Shown here: positions 1 through 10,984 of the stretch, one piece after another
Layout: each line of letters starts with the position of its first letter
How positions within the stretch are numbered: position 1 is the first letter of the stretch
DNA from: Octopus bimaculoides
Taxonomy: Eukaryota
Assembly: GCF_001194135.2 (NCBI RefSeq)
Contig: NC_069001.1
Span: 18,774,850-18,819,499, forward strand
Direction: 5' to 3'
DNA length: 44,650 bases
Notes under the pieces: model-generated
Database searches by the model: none
The model's input: the letters and a program-made list of their open reading frames with translations, nothing else
What the model was told of the DNA's origin: nothing
Translations under genes and position numbers: made by a program

Positions 1-22
1 TATATATATATATATATATATA

Positions 23-414
23 TCTTACCTTTTATCTTTTACTTGTTTCAGTCATTAGACTGCAGCCATGCTGGGGCACCACCTTGAAGAAATTCTAGTC
101 AATCAAATCGACCCCAGTACTTATTGTTTTTAAGCGTGATACTTATTTTACTGAACTGCTAGGTTATGGGGATGTAAACACACCAACACTGGGTACCAAG
201 CAGTGGTGAGGGACAAATACAGACATGACACACACATAAATGTATACACATATAATGGGCTTCCTTCAGTTTCCATCTACTAAATCCACTCACTAGGCTT
301 TGGTCGGCCCAAGGCTATAGCAGAATATACTTGCCTAAGGTGTCATGCAGTGGGAATGAACCTGAAACCATGTGGTTGGGAAGCAAACTTCTTACTACAC
401 AGCCATGCCTATGC
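23..414 (-). mobile_element. tRNA-derived SINE (octopus-type family A)
   Basis: Minus strand starts GGCATGGCTGTGTAGTAAGAAG...GGTTCATTCCCACTG (A/B-box-like head) and ends in a TA microsatellite. Homologous copies at 29981-30331 and 37850-38289. Confidence 0.85.
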
Positions 415-667
415 ATATATATATGTGTGTGTGCATGTGCATGCATACACGTGTGTATTACAAATTAAAAACAGCTTTAGTTATGTAAACAATATCGGTT
501 GCACATACATAATGTATGTGTTTTGTTGATATGCTCAATTTGGTGAGGGATAGCATCTGGGAATATTGATGTTCTTTAACATTTGGTGCAATGTAGGGAG
601 CTTTCCTCAGATGCTAACCTGTGACAAATACAGTATAAACAAAACAACATAAACTATGTGTGCTCAA

Positions 668-721
<54 letters not shown>

Positions 722-789
722 CAAAGAATATATATACATGTATACACACATATATGTACATACTTACATCTACATGTGTATATATATGC

Positions 790-1131
790 ATATCAGGGTA
801 CAGGACGTTAGAATAATGAACTACAGACAACGGAACGAACACATAGGAACGGAAAGCCACTTGGAATATCCCTTCATCAGCTGTCTCTATTCTAACTAGA
901 CGTTTCGAAGATAAGACAGAACGTACTCTAGAATAGTCTCTTCCTGAGTACTGGATCAACCCACTACACAGAGGATTCCAAGGTGGCAAACACAAACCAA
1001 GACAGGAAAAATTGGACAGTGAAAACAACATTCAAAAGCCGTACGGCCAAACGCGAATCTGAGGTAGAACGCTAACGAAATTGATTTTGTAAAACTCAAG
1101 AAGAAGGGTACTCCATCTAATGAGAGTCTAA
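790..1131 (-). mobile_element. Penelope-like pLTR remnant with hammerhead core motifs
   Basis: Minus strand reads CGAAACGTC...GCTGATGAAGG (about 857-907), then ...AACGTCCTGTACCCTGATATGCA. The same motif order occurs at 7991-8130 on the plus strand. Confidence 0.5.
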
Positions 1132-1625
1132 TATTACTATAAATACTTCATGCTACATGCATTATATGCGCTATCAATAGTTTCACATACATAAGTACGT
1201 TCATCAGCCGCTGATTGAACTATGCAACCAAGAGATTTATTTATGTTTAAATAGAGGACAGGTGTGAAGTGATACAAAAGCAAAACGTATTTAATGGAAG
1301 ATTCCACTAAGATGGGTGAATGAATAATAAAAAAAAAAATCAAAAAGAAAAAGCTTCTTTAAATAAAAATTATATATAAAAAATATTAAAAGGTATATTA
1401 AAGATATATTAAATTTTTTTGTTTTTGTTTTTTCTTTATTATTCATTCACCCATCTTGATGGAATCTTCCATTATATACATTTTGCTTTTATATTGCTTC
1501 ACATCTATCCTCTATTCAACTGTAAACATCTTGGTTGCATAGTTCAATCAGTATCTGATGAACGTACTTCTGTACATGAAACTATTGGTAGTACATATAA
1601 TGCATGTAGTATGAAAAATTTATAG

Positions 1626-1630
<5 letters not shown>
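1132..1630. repeat. About 215-bp imperfect inverted repeat (arms 1132-1346 and 1419-1630), probably inverted Penelope pLTR ends
   Basis: The arms are reverse complements; track ORFs 1137-1343(-) and 1419-1625(+) both give LGCIVQS..DERT.V.ETI.S.YNACSMK. Each arm has CTGATGA-hairpin-GAAAC. Confidence 0.85.
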
Positions 1631-1662
<32 letters not shown>

Positions 1663-2495
1663 CATGGTGTATTCCAGATGTTTTGAGACTTTTTTTTAGG
1701 AGAGTTATAACTGTGCTAGATTATCGTAATTTTAGTATATCATTACTATACATGTAATAAGCTGACCTGCCAACTTTCTTTCAATCCAGATTGAAGGGGA
1801 CAGCTGTAACAGCATTTTAAACACATCCTACTAAACATTGCTTCTGACAGCTGATTAATTTGCAGAATACAGTTGGGACATGAAGACAGTTTGGAAGCTC
1901 ACTATGCAATAAAGTCTTGTATTAAGCTGGGTAAATATTGTGTCAGAAATTTATGACATGCTCCAGACTGTTTATGAATGAACTTGTATGAGCTGAGCAT
2001 CTGTCTTTTTGCTAGCACAAGAGGTCAGGCAAAACAAGACCACCAGGAACCTCATGATGACCCCACTTCTTGACAGCAAAGGCATTATTGACATTGTTCC
2101 TTCTAGTCAGACAGCCAACAAGGAGAACCTTGTGGGGGTTTAGAGAGAGTTCAGGAAGAGATTTCATTGGAAAAAGCTAGAGTACATCCTGGTAACCAAC
2201 TATTTGACAGAGAAGGGCATCAAAACTGTCCCTCATCTTCCTTACAGTCCAGACCTTGCTCCCTGTGGTTTTTGACCATTCCCCAAGTTCAAGAAAATGA
2301 AATTGCTGTGATAAGAAGGGTCCTGGATATCTTTCCATTAGAAGACTTCCATGGGTTCTTCATAAAGTGGCTAGAGTGCTACAACATGTGCATTGAAATC
2401 AGAGCATTCTAGTTGGAAGAAGATTAGTTTTGTACTTGCTTGAAGTTAATAAACATGTGTCCTAAGAAAGTCTCAAAATTTTGGAATGCACCTTG
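1663..2495 (+). mobile_element. Internally deleted mariner (DD34D-type) transposon
   Basis: Imperfect TIRs of about 36 bp (CATGGTGTATTCCAGATGTTTTGAGAC vs reverse complement CAAGGTGCATTCCAAAATTTTGAGAC), TA on both flanks. Decayed transposase pieces IKSCIKLGK, LLDSKGII, and YSPDLAPCGF at 2243-2272. Confidence 0.9.
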
Positions 2496-2646
2496 TACGC
2501 ATACACACACATCACCATCATCCTGCTAGCATGTTCCATGCTAGTATGTGTTAGATGACTTGACAAGGATCCAATGGGTCCAGAGACTGTATTGTGCTCC
2601 AGCGTCATCAAGGTTTTGATGTCATCTGTTTTGGAATGTATCTTGC

Positions 2647-2885
2647 ACATATATGTATCAAAACAGGAGATTGGAGAAAATTTTGGTTATTATTTGTTCA
2701 CAATTACTTGTGTTTCATTTGCTAAAAGGAGTTATAAAATTGTACATGTAGGAAAACTTGTAAGATATCTCCTATTACAAATTCTTCAGATACTATTTGA
2801 TTATTATCAAATGATATTTGATTCTCTCTGAATTTTGGTGAAAAAATAACATCAAAAATTTTTCCAATCTCCTGTTTCCATATGT
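2647..2885. repeat. MITE-like fold-back with about 55-bp imperfect arms
   Basis: AAACAGGAGATTGGAGAAAATTTT (about 2661-2684) vs AAAATTTTTCCAATCTCCTGTTT (about 2855-2878). Confidence 0.6.
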
Positions 2886-3046
2886 AATTACTCTGCAAAA
2901 ACTATTTTCCAATATTCTTCAACTCTTATGCATACCTCATACAATTTTGGAGTATTGGAATATGCAGATGTCCTCCATGAGGAGACAGCTTGAATTATAA
3001 CCTTAGCTACATACTATATGTGTATGTACATGAGTATGTATTATTA

Positions 3047-5340
3047 TCATCATCATCATCATTTAATGTCTGTCTTCCATGCATGCATGAGCAGGGCAGT
3101 TGACAGGAGCTGGCGAGGTAGAAAACTACCCTAAGCTACTGTGTCTGTTTTGGCAGAGTTTTTACAGTTTGATGCCCTTCCATGTTACAGTGTGGACTGG
3201 ATGCTTTTAATGTGGCACCAGCATTGGCAGGGTAACCAAGTAACTCATAAAACAAGGAATTATGAGAGGGGCAGGGCATTTGTGTCAGAGGATGAAAGTC
3301 AGAGTGTGACAAAGAGACAGAGAGAAAGAAGCAGGTGTATTGCCACAACAGAGGGGAAATTAGAGGAGGTGGTCCAGTATCAAATGATGAAAGGTTAGAG
3401 TGTAACAGTGAAACAGAGAGGTAGAAATAGGTGTCTTGCTATGGAAGAGGTACATGGTTACCCAGTGAGAGAGAGAGAAAGGAGATAGAGAGTGAGAGAG
3501 AGAGGTACAAGAAAGAGGCCAGAAAGAAGTGTAATGATGTAAAGGTGATGCTTGGTTACCTAGTCAGAGGAAAAACAAGTAAAGGAGAGAGAGAGAGTGA
3601 CCAAAGGGAAAGAGAGATAGAGTAGGAAACAGCAAAAGTGTAAGAAAGAGCAGAAGAGAGATGGTGTAGGGTTAGGGTATACTCACAATAAACAAGAATA
3701 TGAGCATAGAACTTGATTAGGAAAATAAGGAGTGGGTGTGGGTGGCAGGGTGTATAGGGAGCAGTGATACAGTGAGCATGGCAGTGAGGGCAAGAAAGGA
3801 GATTGGAAAACAATCATAATGTATGAGGAGGAAATGTGAGGAAGAGAAAGTTGCAATTAGAAAAGGGGTTCTAATTTGATTTCTTAGGGTAGAGTGGGTG
3901 AAAAGAGTGTTGTTACATGTGGGTGGGACACAACTCTTCTAGCACTCAGTTTTGTGGACGGGTCTTCCCTAGGACCCCATATTGCCAAACATCTCNNNNN
4001 NNNNNGGTCTTCCCTAGGACCCCATATTGCCAAACATCTCAGTCTACTGTCATTTCCTCGATGAGCCCCAACATCCTAAGATCAGTCCTCACCACTTCAT
4101 CCCATGTCTTCCTGGGCCTCCCTCTTCTACAGGCACCACCCACTTTCAGTGACAACCACTTCTGTATACTCATATATATCGCATGTCCACATCAACACAG
4201 TCTCCACTCCTGCATACCACATTCAATTTCTCTTATGCCTAACTTTTCTCTCAACACAGTTGTGCTTTGCCAGTCATGCACACTGATGTTGCAAACCCTA
4301 TGGAATATACTATCTTCATTCCTCTCCAGCCTACACATGTCATCCACAGTCAGAGCCCATGTCTCACTCTGATGGTTGGTCCTTCAAATGGTTCAATATT
4401 TGAAAGACTCTCCTTCACCCAATCATTCTCTGCATTTAACAACCTTTCATAATGGCATCTCCATGCATCTTTCTTCTCTGAGTCACTAAGTGCAAACATA
4501 CCATCATCCATTCGCACACATTTCTCACCCACCACAACTCTATTCTCTCTGATACACTGCTTTGCAATCCTGAACATCTCATGCCTCTGATCCTCATGCT
4601 GTATAACATTGGCAAACTTCTTACCTTCTGCTGCTATTCCTTTTGCTATATAAACCCATCACCTAGCCTCCCTTCTAGCTCCCTGATATAATGCTTTGCT
4701 TTCACTGTCTTTTCCAATCTTTCCAGACTTGTCTCTTTGCTTTTATAGCACCATCCACCTCCTTATTCACTACCAAGTCACCCTTGGCCTGGTTGGGACC
4801 TTGCACCAACCACAGATTTGGTCAATGGCATCCAGTAAATTGTCCTGCTCTATTATCCTCTAAGCCAGGGGTTTTCAAACTGTGGTCCGCAGACGACAGG
4901 GGGTCCGTGGACAGCAAATACTTTTTATGGGCAATTTGATTTTATATATGTTTTTTTAAATCTTTTTATTGACAATAAACCTATATGTTAAATACTGTTA
5001 AATAAATAAATGTAAAAATATATGTTATTTTAAGCAAATATTTATGTATAAATTTCATAAGCGTTTATAAGGGGGTCCCTAAGGTAAAGCCTGAAATATA
5101 AAGGGGTCCGCAAGTCAAAAAGTTTGAAAACCCCTGCTCTAAGCTATATGTATTTTCCTCCTCCTCACTATCATCAGAGGCCACCATATGCACATATATT
5201 TCTTGTCCAGTGAACCCAATGATGACAATCTTCTTGATCTGAGTCCTAGCCCTTGCTTGATGTGTCGAACTTGTCACAGTCTGTTAAGGTCAATGTTAAG
5301 TTGGAGAGGCCAGGTGTAACTTGGAGTACAGCATACCTCT
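3047..5340 (-). mobile_element. RTE-clade LINE remnant, internally deleted, with long 3' UTR and (GAT)n tail
   Basis: Minus-strand peptides NLLDAIDQICGWCKVP, KKDAWRCHYERLLN and C-terminal RRGRPRKTWDEVVRTDLRMLGL. GGCATC-type 3' tail motif and ATC repeats at 3047-3062. Confidence 0.85.
4866..5136. mobile_element. hAT (Charlie-like) MITE inserted in the RTE remnant
   Basis: Perfect 16-bp TIR CAGGGGTTTTCAAACT; perfect 8-bp TSD CTCTAAGC at 4858-4865 and 5137-5144. Confidence 0.95.
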
Positions 5341-5409
5341 TTTTGTACTGTTTTATAAGAGTGAGGGATGCATTTCTCCTCCATATAATCAACCCTGTCT
5401 AGACATGTG

Positions 5410-5411
5410 TA

Positions 5412-5485
<74 letters not shown>
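5410..5485. repeat. (TG)n-(GA)n microsatellite
   Basis: Seen directly. Confidence 0.95.
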
Positions 5486-5487
<2 letters not shown>

Positions 5488-5494
5488 TGTCTGT

Positions 5495-5898
5495 GTCGTT
5501 CTCTCTCTGGTACAAAAAAAAAATAATAACATGAACGGTGCAGTGAAGCTGGTGAAAGAAAGAAATGTGTGGTGAGTCAGCTGCATTCAGGAATCAGTTG
5601 AAATGACCGTTTAGACAGGCCATTGTGCTGATAAAACAATTTGGTTGTTAAGTCCACCGCTTCTGTCTCCCCGCCTAACCGTACCATTCTGCACTACATA
5701 CATTAACATTCTCAGCATCATCAACATCATTATTATCTCTGATTGCTAGCTCCTCTTACCTTTTATTTACTATTCTCTCAGTTATGTGTGTGTGCGCGCG
5801 CGCGCATCCATCGTCTCTCCTGCAATATGTGTGTGTTAACCTATCGTCCTCTCTTTTGTTATCACTCAGTCGTTCTCTCTCTGGTACAAAAAAAAAAT
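5495..5898. repeat. 30-bp perfect direct repeat (5495-5524, 5869-5898)
   Basis: GTCGTTCTCTCTCTGGTACAAAAAAAAAAT occurs twice. Confidence 0.9.
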
Positions 5899-5962
5899 AT
5901 ATCACTTTACCAATCCTTCTATATCTATGTATCGACCTGTATATAGCTTGGTAGGTACCTAG

Positions 5963-5963
<1 letters not shown>

Positions 5964-6016
<53 letters not shown>
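5964..6016. repeat. (TA)n microsatellite (others at 1-22, 669-717, 1629-1658, 8200-8235, 9728-9840, 21103-21130, 35126-35171)
   Basis: Seen directly. Confidence 0.95.
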
Positions 6017-6020
<4 letters not shown>

Positions 6021-6482
6021 TTGTTTACTTTATGGGTCTGTCTCGCTTCTTCCTTCATACGCTCACACATAAACACACGCCTAAGTACTCAATGTAGAAT
6101 ATAAACAGTTATTTTCGAGCAGAGGTTGCTCTCGTCGTCCCCCAGTTTCGTACAGAACGTTGAAGAATCAACTCTGGGAACATGGAACTGGGCAGCGACA
6201 GTGCACAATCGTAGAGATATGTGTGTGTATATGCGCGCGCGTGTATGTTAATATGAATAAAGTGTACAGGATACATAATATTGGTGAAATTCGGAGTAAA
6301 CGACTATGAAAATCGAAGGTTTTCCACTGCTGTTATACTTACATAAGTACATATGTATAGAGAGAGGCGTATATAAGTTTATCAGTCTTTAACGTTTACT
6401 CTCAAAGGACTCCCACCATTAACCCACGCACTACACTGTCACAGACAATTTACTCCTACACAAACTCTACTATATTAGGCAC

Positions 6483-7989
6483 GGCATAACTACAGATGTA
6501 TATACCCGGCATAGACATAAGTTGGGATTTCTCCCTTTTGACAGGGATTTTTCCAACTTTCTTTTTTTCAGCACCGTCTTTGGAATGAATGGGAAGAAAC
6601 TTTTTACGAGAAACAGAAAAAAAAATTTGAAAATTTATGATTTTTTTTAGTCTCGCCACCCTCATCACATCAGTCTGGACCAATTTTGGTCAATTTTTTT
6701 TCTTTTTTTCACTTCGCATTCAAAAAACATGGGAAAAACCTTTTCGGTTAAAAAAAAGAAATCAAAACTTTTCAGAGGGAAAAGTGTGATTTAAGGGAGA
6801 TTTGGCTGTTGTTTCTAGCACATCGCAAGACCACGCTCTTTGTTTTTTTTTCTTACTCAAATATGTATTGATGTTTTTCAATATCTTTCCCCACAAACAC
6901 ATTTATGCTAAAAGAAAAAAAAAGAAAAATTTGAAAATTTATGATTTTTTTTAGTCTCGCCACCCTCATCACATCAGTCTGGACCAATTTTGGTCAATTT
7001 TTTTTCTTTTTTTCACTTCGCATTCAAAAAACATGGGAAAAACCTTTTCGGTTAAAAAAAAGAAATCAAAACTTTTCAGAGGGAAAAGTGTGATTTAAGG
7101 GAGATTTGGCTGTTGTTTCTAGCACATCGCAANNNNNNNNNNNNNNNNNNNNNNNNNNNNNNNNNNNNNNNNNNNNNNNNNNNNNNNNNNNNNNNNNNNN
7201 NNNNNNNNNNNNNNNNNNNNNNNNNNNNNNNNNNNNNNNNNNNNNNNNNNNNNNNNNNNNNNNNNNNNNNNNNNNNNNNNNNNNNNNNNNNNNNNNNNNN
7301 NNNNNNNNNNNNNNNNNNNNNNNNNNNNNNNNNNNNNNNNNNNNNNNNNNNNNNNNNNNNNNNNNNNNNNNNNNNNNNNNNNNNNNNNNNNNNNNNNNNN
7401 NNNNNNNNNNNNNNNNNNNNNNNNNNNNNNNNNNNNNNNNNNNNNNNNNNNNNNNNNNNNNNNNNNNNNNNNNNNNNNNNNNNNNNNNNNNNNNNNNNNN
7501 NNNNNNNNNNNNNNNNNNNNNNNNNNNNNNNNNNNNNNNNNNNNNNNNNNNNNNNNNNNNNNNNNNNNNNNNNNNNNNNNNNNNNNNNNNNNNNNNNNNN
7601 NNNNNNNNNNNNNNNNNNNNNNNNNNNNNNNNNNNNNNNNNNNNNNNNNNNNNNNNNNNNNNNNNNNNNNNNNNNNNNNNNNNNNNNNNNNNNNNNNNNN
7701 NNNNNNNNNNNNNNNNNNNNNNNNNNNNNNNNNNNNNNNNNNNNNNNNNNNNNNNNNNNNNNNNNNNNNNNNNNNNNNNNNNNNNTCATCAAAAAAAATA
7801 CCCATTTTCCTGAAAGTTACAAGGGGGAAAAATGGGTCGTGTGAATTTTCCGAAACTCCTCTGAAAACATTTTCCCAACAATTCTTAGGATCTAAGTGAT
7901 TATTTGTTGAAAGTTTCGTTTAAAAGTATCCATTTTTCTGGAAGTTATGAGGCAACAAAGTCGGTGGGGTATACATCTGTAGTTATGCC
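6483..7989. mobile_element. Unclassified TIR DNA transposon spanning an assembly gap
   Basis: Perfect 20-bp inverted termini GGCATAACTACAGATGTATA (6483-6502, 7970-7989); A/T-run-rich subterminal sequence; no clear TSD. Confidence 0.7.
7133..7785. other. Assembly gap
   Basis: N run. Confidence 1.
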
Positions 7990-7990
7990 T

Positions 7991-8150
7991 ATCGAAACGC
8001 CGGTGTTAAAACGGGGGTAGCTGATGAAGGAAAATGTGCTCTATGTGGCTTGTGTGTTTTCTGGACTCTTGTTATTATTATTTTCTTGTCTACGTTTTGT
8101 TTGCAACGTCCTGTACCCAGATTTGCACTTATATATACAGGTAGACGTAG
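7991..8150 (+). mobile_element. Penelope-like pLTR remnant
   Basis: CGAAACGCC (7993) ... GCTGATGAAGG (8020) ... AACGTCCTGTACCCAGATTTGCA, homologous to 790-910(-). Confidence 0.5.
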
Positions 8151-8197
8151 GTATACACATACCTGTACGTATATATGCATATACTCATTTATTATTT

Positions 8198-8241
<44 letters not shown>

Positions 8242-8389
8242 ATGTGTGTGTATGTATAATTGCATGCATGCCGCATATGCATGCTTATACACACACGCAC
8301 TAACACATACTGTTAATAAAGTACTAATCCTTCACCAATTTCTTTCTATCCGTTCCACAGCTTCTTATAGCCATCATCATCCATATCTC

Positions 8390-9465
8390 CTCTCTCATCA
8401 ACTGTTTCTTTTCTTCCTTCTTTCTTTTTTTTTTCATTCAGTGCTAGGTTTAATTCCTCAGATTAATTATCCAATGTTTGAATGGAATTATAAGAAAATA
8501 TTTACAAGGTGCAGTCTTCTCTTTCCACTTTCACTTTTTATTATTAATTCAGCTTCCTTCTTCCTTATCATTATTCATCTCTTTTCTTTCTTAGATTTTT
8601 GCACTTTTTTCGTCATCTCTCTCTCTCACTCTCGGTGTGTGCGCGTGTGTGTTTATCTTCCTCTTTTTATTTCTCGGTGTATGTGTTTCTCTTTCAATGT
8701 TTATCTCGCTATCTATATATAATCTTTATTTTTTGTCTCAGTCTTTCTCTCCCTCTCTCTGTTTCTCTCCGTGTTTGTCATTATCTTTGTTTTTCCCCCT
8801 CTTCCTCCCTCATTGCATGTGTCTGTGTTTGTCTTTCCCTCCCTCTCTCTCAGTATATTTTTATCGCACTTCTCTCTTTCTCTTACCCTTTCGATTAACC
8901 TCGCCCCTCCACTCCCTGACTCTCATCCTCTACCCTCTATCTTTTCTCTCATCTTAACTTTTTCTCCTCTTCTACTATTACTTACCTTTTCTCTCCTCCC
9001 CTTCCTCTCCTCACTACTACTATTGCTACCCCCATTGATCTCTTTATTAACCTCAATATTCGTGTCTCTATTGCAGCTCCATTCTCCAAAACCAATGAAT
9101 GTCTGCAGCGATTTATACCATTCCAGTGGATATTTCTTTCTCTTTCTCACCTCCTGAGCCTTCCTTTTCCCTCTTGCCCTCAGTTTAACACATCTCCACA
9201 CATCCTCCTCTTCCTTATTCCATCTCGTTCAATCTCTTCTATTTTCTCATTCAGTCTTTAGTTTCTCTTTCACATGTCTTTCTTCTCCTTCCATGCTTTT
9301 ATTCCCTCTATCTTTCCGTCCTTCTCCATATAATCTTTTACTGTCGTCCTGTCTAACAGTCCATTCTTCACACTGACCCCTTCCTTCTTTCTCCACTATG
9401 ATCCCTTACTCCATCGATAACCCTTTATTTCCTCACCATCTTTGTTCTACTCTCACCAATCGCCC
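8390..9465 (+). repeat. About 1-kb pyrimidine-rich low-complexity tract
   Basis: The plus strand is overwhelmingly C/T. Confidence 0.85.
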
Positions 9466-9727
9466 TTTAACAAGGTAAGCTACATTTTATCGTCCACTTC
9501 ATTATAAACCCCAAACACACGGTTTGGGGAACGATTTGTCTATGAATAAATAGGTGTATGTAAAATTTGGTAATGGCTTGTGTACGTGTGTGTACAGATA
9601 TATATATATATATGGGAGATACATACATACATACATACACACATACACGGTATAGACATTGATATATACTCGCGTGCACGTATACTAATACTAATTACAT
9701 ACCAGCCGCAGACGTAATTACATGCAA

Positions 9728-9763
<36 letters not shown>

Positions 9764-9810
9764 TTTATTCATATATATATATATATATATATATATACAC
9801 TCTCTCTCTT

Positions 9811-9844
<34 letters not shown>

Positions 9845-9954
9845 CATATTCTCGCGCGCGCATATATTTATACTTATCACATTCATAGAAGTATTCATAC
9901 ATTCATATTAATTACATATATGTGACGAACATATTAAAATCTCCTTCTCTCGCT

Positions 9955-10320
9955 TTGACCATCTATCTATCTGTCTGTCTATCTACCTATCCATCTATCC
10001 ATTTATCTATCTACATATCCATCTATCTATGTATCAATCTATCTATCTATCTATGTCTGTCTCTGTCTATCTTTCTGTCTGTTTGTTTGTCTGTCTGTCT
10101 GCCTATCCATCTGTTTGGTTGTCTAGCTATCAGTCTATCTATTTGCCTGTCAGTCTGTTTTTTGCCTGCTTGTCTGTCTGTCTGTCTATGTCTATCTGTC
10201 TGACTATATCTGTCTATCTCTCCGTCTGTCTCTGTCACACTATCTGCCTGTCTATATATCCGTCTGTGTTTCTATCCACCTGTCTAACTATCCGTATGTC
10301 TATCTCTCCATCTGTCTACC
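9955..10320. repeat. (TCTA)n/(TCTG)n degenerate tetranucleotide microsatellite
   Basis: Seen directly. Confidence 0.9.
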
Positions 10321-10573
10321 CCCCCCCCCCTCGAATTGTTAGTTTTCCTTCAAAAGTCGCCACTGGAAATATGAATGTCTTTTATATTAGTGTATATATT
10401 AATTTTATTGACAGTGATTTCAAAGTTTCTGCAGTGGTTGGCCTTTGCAGTGTGTCAAGGCCAGCCACAGTTGAAACTTTGAAGTTACTGTCAATAAAAA
10501 TTACTGTAGTATCGAACTTTACGCCACTTGTCAGTTTGTTCTTCCTTCTTCTGTGTGTGTTTGCGTACGTGCC

Positions 10574-10604
<31 letters not shown>

Positions 10605-10762
10605 GTATATATATATGTATATATATATGTATATATATATGTATATATATATATATGTATATATATATGTATATATATATGTATATATATATGTATATAT
10701 ATATATATGTATATATATATGTNNNNNNNNNNNNNNNNNNNNNNNNNNNNNNNNNNNNNNNN

Positions 10763-10801
<39 letters not shown>
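10574..10801. repeat. (TA)n/(TATG) compound microsatellite containing a gap
   Basis: Seen directly. Confidence 0.9.
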
Positions 10802-10804
<3 letters not shown>

Positions 10805-10984
10805 GTGTTTTGAAAGAAAAAAGCATGCTGCAGGATTGACAAGAGAGCCTTTGGATGCTTGAGTAGAAGAAGGCCTCTTCCGATGGCCAGGTCTGATCTA
10901 TGCCTCAGTTTAGAGGGTAATATTTTTGATGGAGTGTTGGCATGAAGGATGTCATGGCTTGTAGAGCTGAATCAACTCATTCAG

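Noticed and set aside
340-414. tRNA-like sequences at SINE heads
   Set aside because: A/B-box-like remnants continuous with SINE bodies; no complete cloverleaf is supportable.
3957-4043. Duplicated 36-mer GGTCTTCCCTAGGACC...CATCTC
   Set aside because: The copies flank an 11-N gap; typical scaffold overlap artefact.
6621-7132. 208-bp exact duplication (6621-6828, 6925-7132)
   Set aside because: Apparently identical and ends exactly at a gap edge; most likely assembly redundancy.
7076-7844. Long ORFs here and at 32659-33637 and 42539-43223
   Set aside because: They are open only because they cross N runs.
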